A DNA stretch of 64,000 bases from an uncultured Candidatus Rokubacteria bacterium (GTDB lineage Bacteria > Methylomirabilota > Methylomirabilia > Rokubacteriales > CSP1-6): assembly GCA_963758635.1 (NCBI GenBank), contig CAVWWD010000008.1, positions 768,001-832,000 on the forward strand. The letters run 5' to 3'. Every line of letters begins with the position of its first letter. Within the stretch, counting starts at the first letter, position 1. Shown piece by piece: positions 61,708 through 64,000 of the stretch. A model generated the notes under the pieces. The model saw nothing but the letters and a program-made list of their open reading frames with translations. It did no database searches and was not told the DNA's origin. The translations under genes and the position numbers were made by a program.

Positions 61708-64000
61708 GGGGCCGCTCGCCCGCGGACCGCGCCGCGGCCCGCGCTCGCGCACCAGCCCCACACACGGGCGGACGTGAGCGGGAGCTCGTCGGGCTCCGCC
61801 CCGAGCGGCGCCAGCGCATCGGCCACGGCGTTGGCGAGGACCGCGGCCGGCCCGAGCGTGCCGCCCTCGCCGACGCCACGCACCCCGGCCAGGTTCGCGG
61901 CCGCCTCCTCGACGTGCTCGACCTCGAACGACGGAAGCGAGGCCGCCGTGGGCAGCGCGTAGTCCATCAGGGTGCCGGTGAGGAGCTGTCCCGCCTCGTC
62001 GTAGACGAGGTGCTCGGCGAGAGCGCCGCCGATCCCCTGGGCGATCGCCCCGTGCACCTGGCCGTCCACGATGAGCGGGTTGATCACGCGGCCCGTGTCC
62101 TCCACGCAGACCCAGCGCCGGATGGCGATCGTCCCCGTCTCGGCGTCCACCTCGACGATGGCCGCCTGCGCGCCGGCGGCGAACGTGCCGCGGATGGGAT
62201 CGTAGAAGCGGGTCACGTCCAGCCCGGGCTCGGTGTCCGGCGGCAGCCGGTGGGTCTCCAGATGCGCGATGCGCGCCACCTCGGCCAGCGTCACGGCGCG
62301 GTCGGGAGCGCCGCGGACGCTCACCCGGCCGCCGGCCACCTCGAGGTCGTCCGCCGCCGCCTCGAGCACGTGCGCGGCGATGTGCACGATCTTGTCACGG
62401 AGGGCGCGGCTGGCACGGAGCGTCGCGCCGCCGCCGATCACCGCCTGGCGCGACGCGAACGCCCCGAGGCCGAACGGGGTGGCGTCGGTGTCGCCAAGCA
62501 CCACGCGGACGGCGGAGACGGGGACGCCGAGCTCGCCGGCGACGAGCTGGGCCATGGTCGTTTCCAGGCCCTGGCCTTGAGAGGTCACGCCGGCGAGGAG
62601 CGTGACCGCGCCGGACGGGTCCATCCGGACGGTGGCGCCCTCGTGGCCGGTGCGAAACGGCATCCGTGGTCCCGCGGAGGCGGCCTGGCCGAGGCCGGTC
62701 AGCTCGTTGTAGACGGCGAAGCCGATGCCCACGTGCCGCCCCTCGGCGCGCAGGCGCGCCTGCTCCGCCACGAAGCTCGCGTGGTCGATGGCGGCCACCG
62801 CCCGCTCGAAGCACACGGGATACGTCGAGCTGTCGTGGACGAGGCGGGTCGCGGAGGTGTACGGGAGGTCGGCGGGGCCGATCAGGTTGGCGCGGCGGAC
62901 GGCGACCGCGTCGAGACCGAGCGCCCGCGCGCCGAGGTCGAGCACGCGCTCCATCACGAACGTGGTGGCCGGCCGCGCCACGCCGCGGTACGGGCCCGCC
63001 GGCGTGGTGTGCGTGGCCACCGCGGTGACCTCGCACCGGTAGTGCTCGAGCCGGTACGGGCCGGTCAGGAGGCCGCCCGCCATGAGCGCCTCGATGCCGG
63101 CGGTCCACGGCGTCACGCCGTAGGCGCCGGCGTTGCAGGCCACGCGCGCGTCCAGGCCCACGAGCCGCCCCTCGGTGTCGAAGCCGGCCCGGACCTGGTA
63201 GACGTGGTCGCGGGCGTGCGCGGACGCGAGCATGCCCTCGCTGCGTCCCTCCACCCACTTCACGGGCCGCTCGAGCGAGATCGCAAGCACGCAGAGCGCC
63301 ACGTCCTCCGGGTAGAGGATGGTCTTCACCCCGAAGCCGCCGCCCACGTCCGGCGCCACGACGCGCACCTGGTTCTCGGCGAGGCCCAGGATGCCGGCGA
63401 GGAGGTGCCGCGCGAGGTGCGGCACCTGGGTGCCCGACCACAGCGTGAGCTTCCCGTTGGCCGCGCTCCAGTCGGCCACGCCGCCCCGACCCTCGAGCGG
63501 AGCCGCGCACTGGCGGTTGGTGCGGAACGTGCGCTCCACGACGACGGCCGCGCGGGACAGCGCGGCGTCCACGTCGCCGGCCTGGAAGCGGCGCGAGAGG
63601 AGCACGTTGCCGGGCGCGGCCTCGTGCACGGTGGCAGCGCCGGGGAGCGTCGCGGCCAGCACGTCCACCGATGCGGACAGCGGTGTCTCGTCGACGACGA
63701 CCAGGGCCGCGGCGTCCTCGACGCGATAGCGGTCGGCGCCCACCACGGCGGCGATCGCCTCGCCGGCGTGGCGCGCCACGGGCCACGCGAGGACGGGCTG
63801 GTCCGTCTCCACGTAGCCGGGGAGCGCCGAGCGTGCGCGGATGCGGAGAGCGGCGAAGAGCGGGTCTCCGCCGGTGACCACGGCGCGGATGCCGGGCTGG
63901 GCGGCCGCGGCGGCGACCTCGATGCCGCGCAGCCGGGCGTGCGCGTGGGCGCTCCGCACGAAGGCGACGTGGAGCAGGCGCGGCAGCTCTACGTCGCTGA
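61704..64000 (-). CDS. Xanthine dehydrogenase family molybdopterin-binding large subunit (5' end outside window)
   Basis: RSAHAHARL, DVGGGFG, PYRGVARP, GQG, GQVHGAIAQG, GVGEGG. Confidence 0.92.
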   Translation of the reverse strand, partial: SDVELPRLLHVAFVRSAHAHARLRGIEVAAAAAQPGIRAVVTGGDPLFAALRIRARSALPGYVETDQPVLAWPVARHAGEAIAAVVGADRYRVEDAAALVVVDETPLSASVDVLAATLPGAATVHEAAPGNVLLSRRFQAGDVDAALSRAAVVVERTFRTNRQCAAPLEGRGGVADWSAANGKLTLWSGTQVPHLARHLLAGILGLAENQVRVVAPDVGGGFGVKTILYPEDVALCVLAISLERPVKWVEGRSEGMLASAHARDHVYQVRAGFDTEGRLVGLDARVACNAGAYGVTPWTAGIEALMAGGLLTGPYRLEHYRCEVTAVATHTTPAGPYRGVARPATTFVMERVLDLGARALGLDAVAVRRANLIGPADLPYTSATRLVHDSSTYPVCFERAVAAIDHASFVAEQARLRAEGRHVGIGFAVYNELTGLGQAASAGPRMPFRTGHEGATVRMDPSGAVTLLAGVTSQGQGLETTMAQLVAGELGVPVSAVRVVLGDTDATPFGLGAFASRQAVIGGGATLRASRALRDKIVHIAAHVLEAAADDLEVAGGRVSVRGAPDRAVTLAEVARIAHLETHRLPPDTEPGLDVTRFYDPIRGTFAAGAQAAIVEVDAETGTIAIRRWVCVEDTGRVINPLIVDGQVHGAIAQGIGGALAEHLVYDEAGQLLTGTLMDYALPTAASLPSFEVEHVEEAAANLAGVRGVGEGGTLGPAAVLANAVADALAPLGAEPDELPLTSARVWGWCASAGRGAVRGRAAP

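Overview
High-GC (about 70% by eye) bacterial window of mostly metabolic and accessory genes. The gene content (many luciferase-like monooxygenases, VOC proteins, amidohydrolase, xanthine-dehydrogenase-family large subunits, ABC importers) resembles soil lineages such as Candidatus Rokubacteria; this taxonomy is inference only. Recognisable genes: monomeric icd, ahcY with an SAH riboswitch, lhr helicase, fdrA/ylbE, and two ABC transporter operons. No rRNA, tRNA, CRISPR array or transposase was seen. About ten otherwise intact genes carry single-base frameshifts, most likely long-read or assembly errors. Most interesting items: (1) a catalytically degenerate Ser/Thr pseudokinase fused to a nucleoside-2-deoxyribosyltransferase-like domain, a candidate one-gene sensor-effector or defence protein; (2) a flavin split-barrel x2 + GAF-adenylate cyclase module next to an NCS2 permease with an anti-sigma/HATPase-like tail; (3) several non-coding repeat families, including a ~75-nt structured element found four times just after stop codons, a ~590-bp nested palindrome, REP-like doublets bracketing lhr, and a REP-like hairpin translated inside fdrA; (4) a PEP-CTERM-like surface protein with sigma54/IHF/enhancer-like upstream sites; (5) likely leaderless genes and a bidirectional -10 element.
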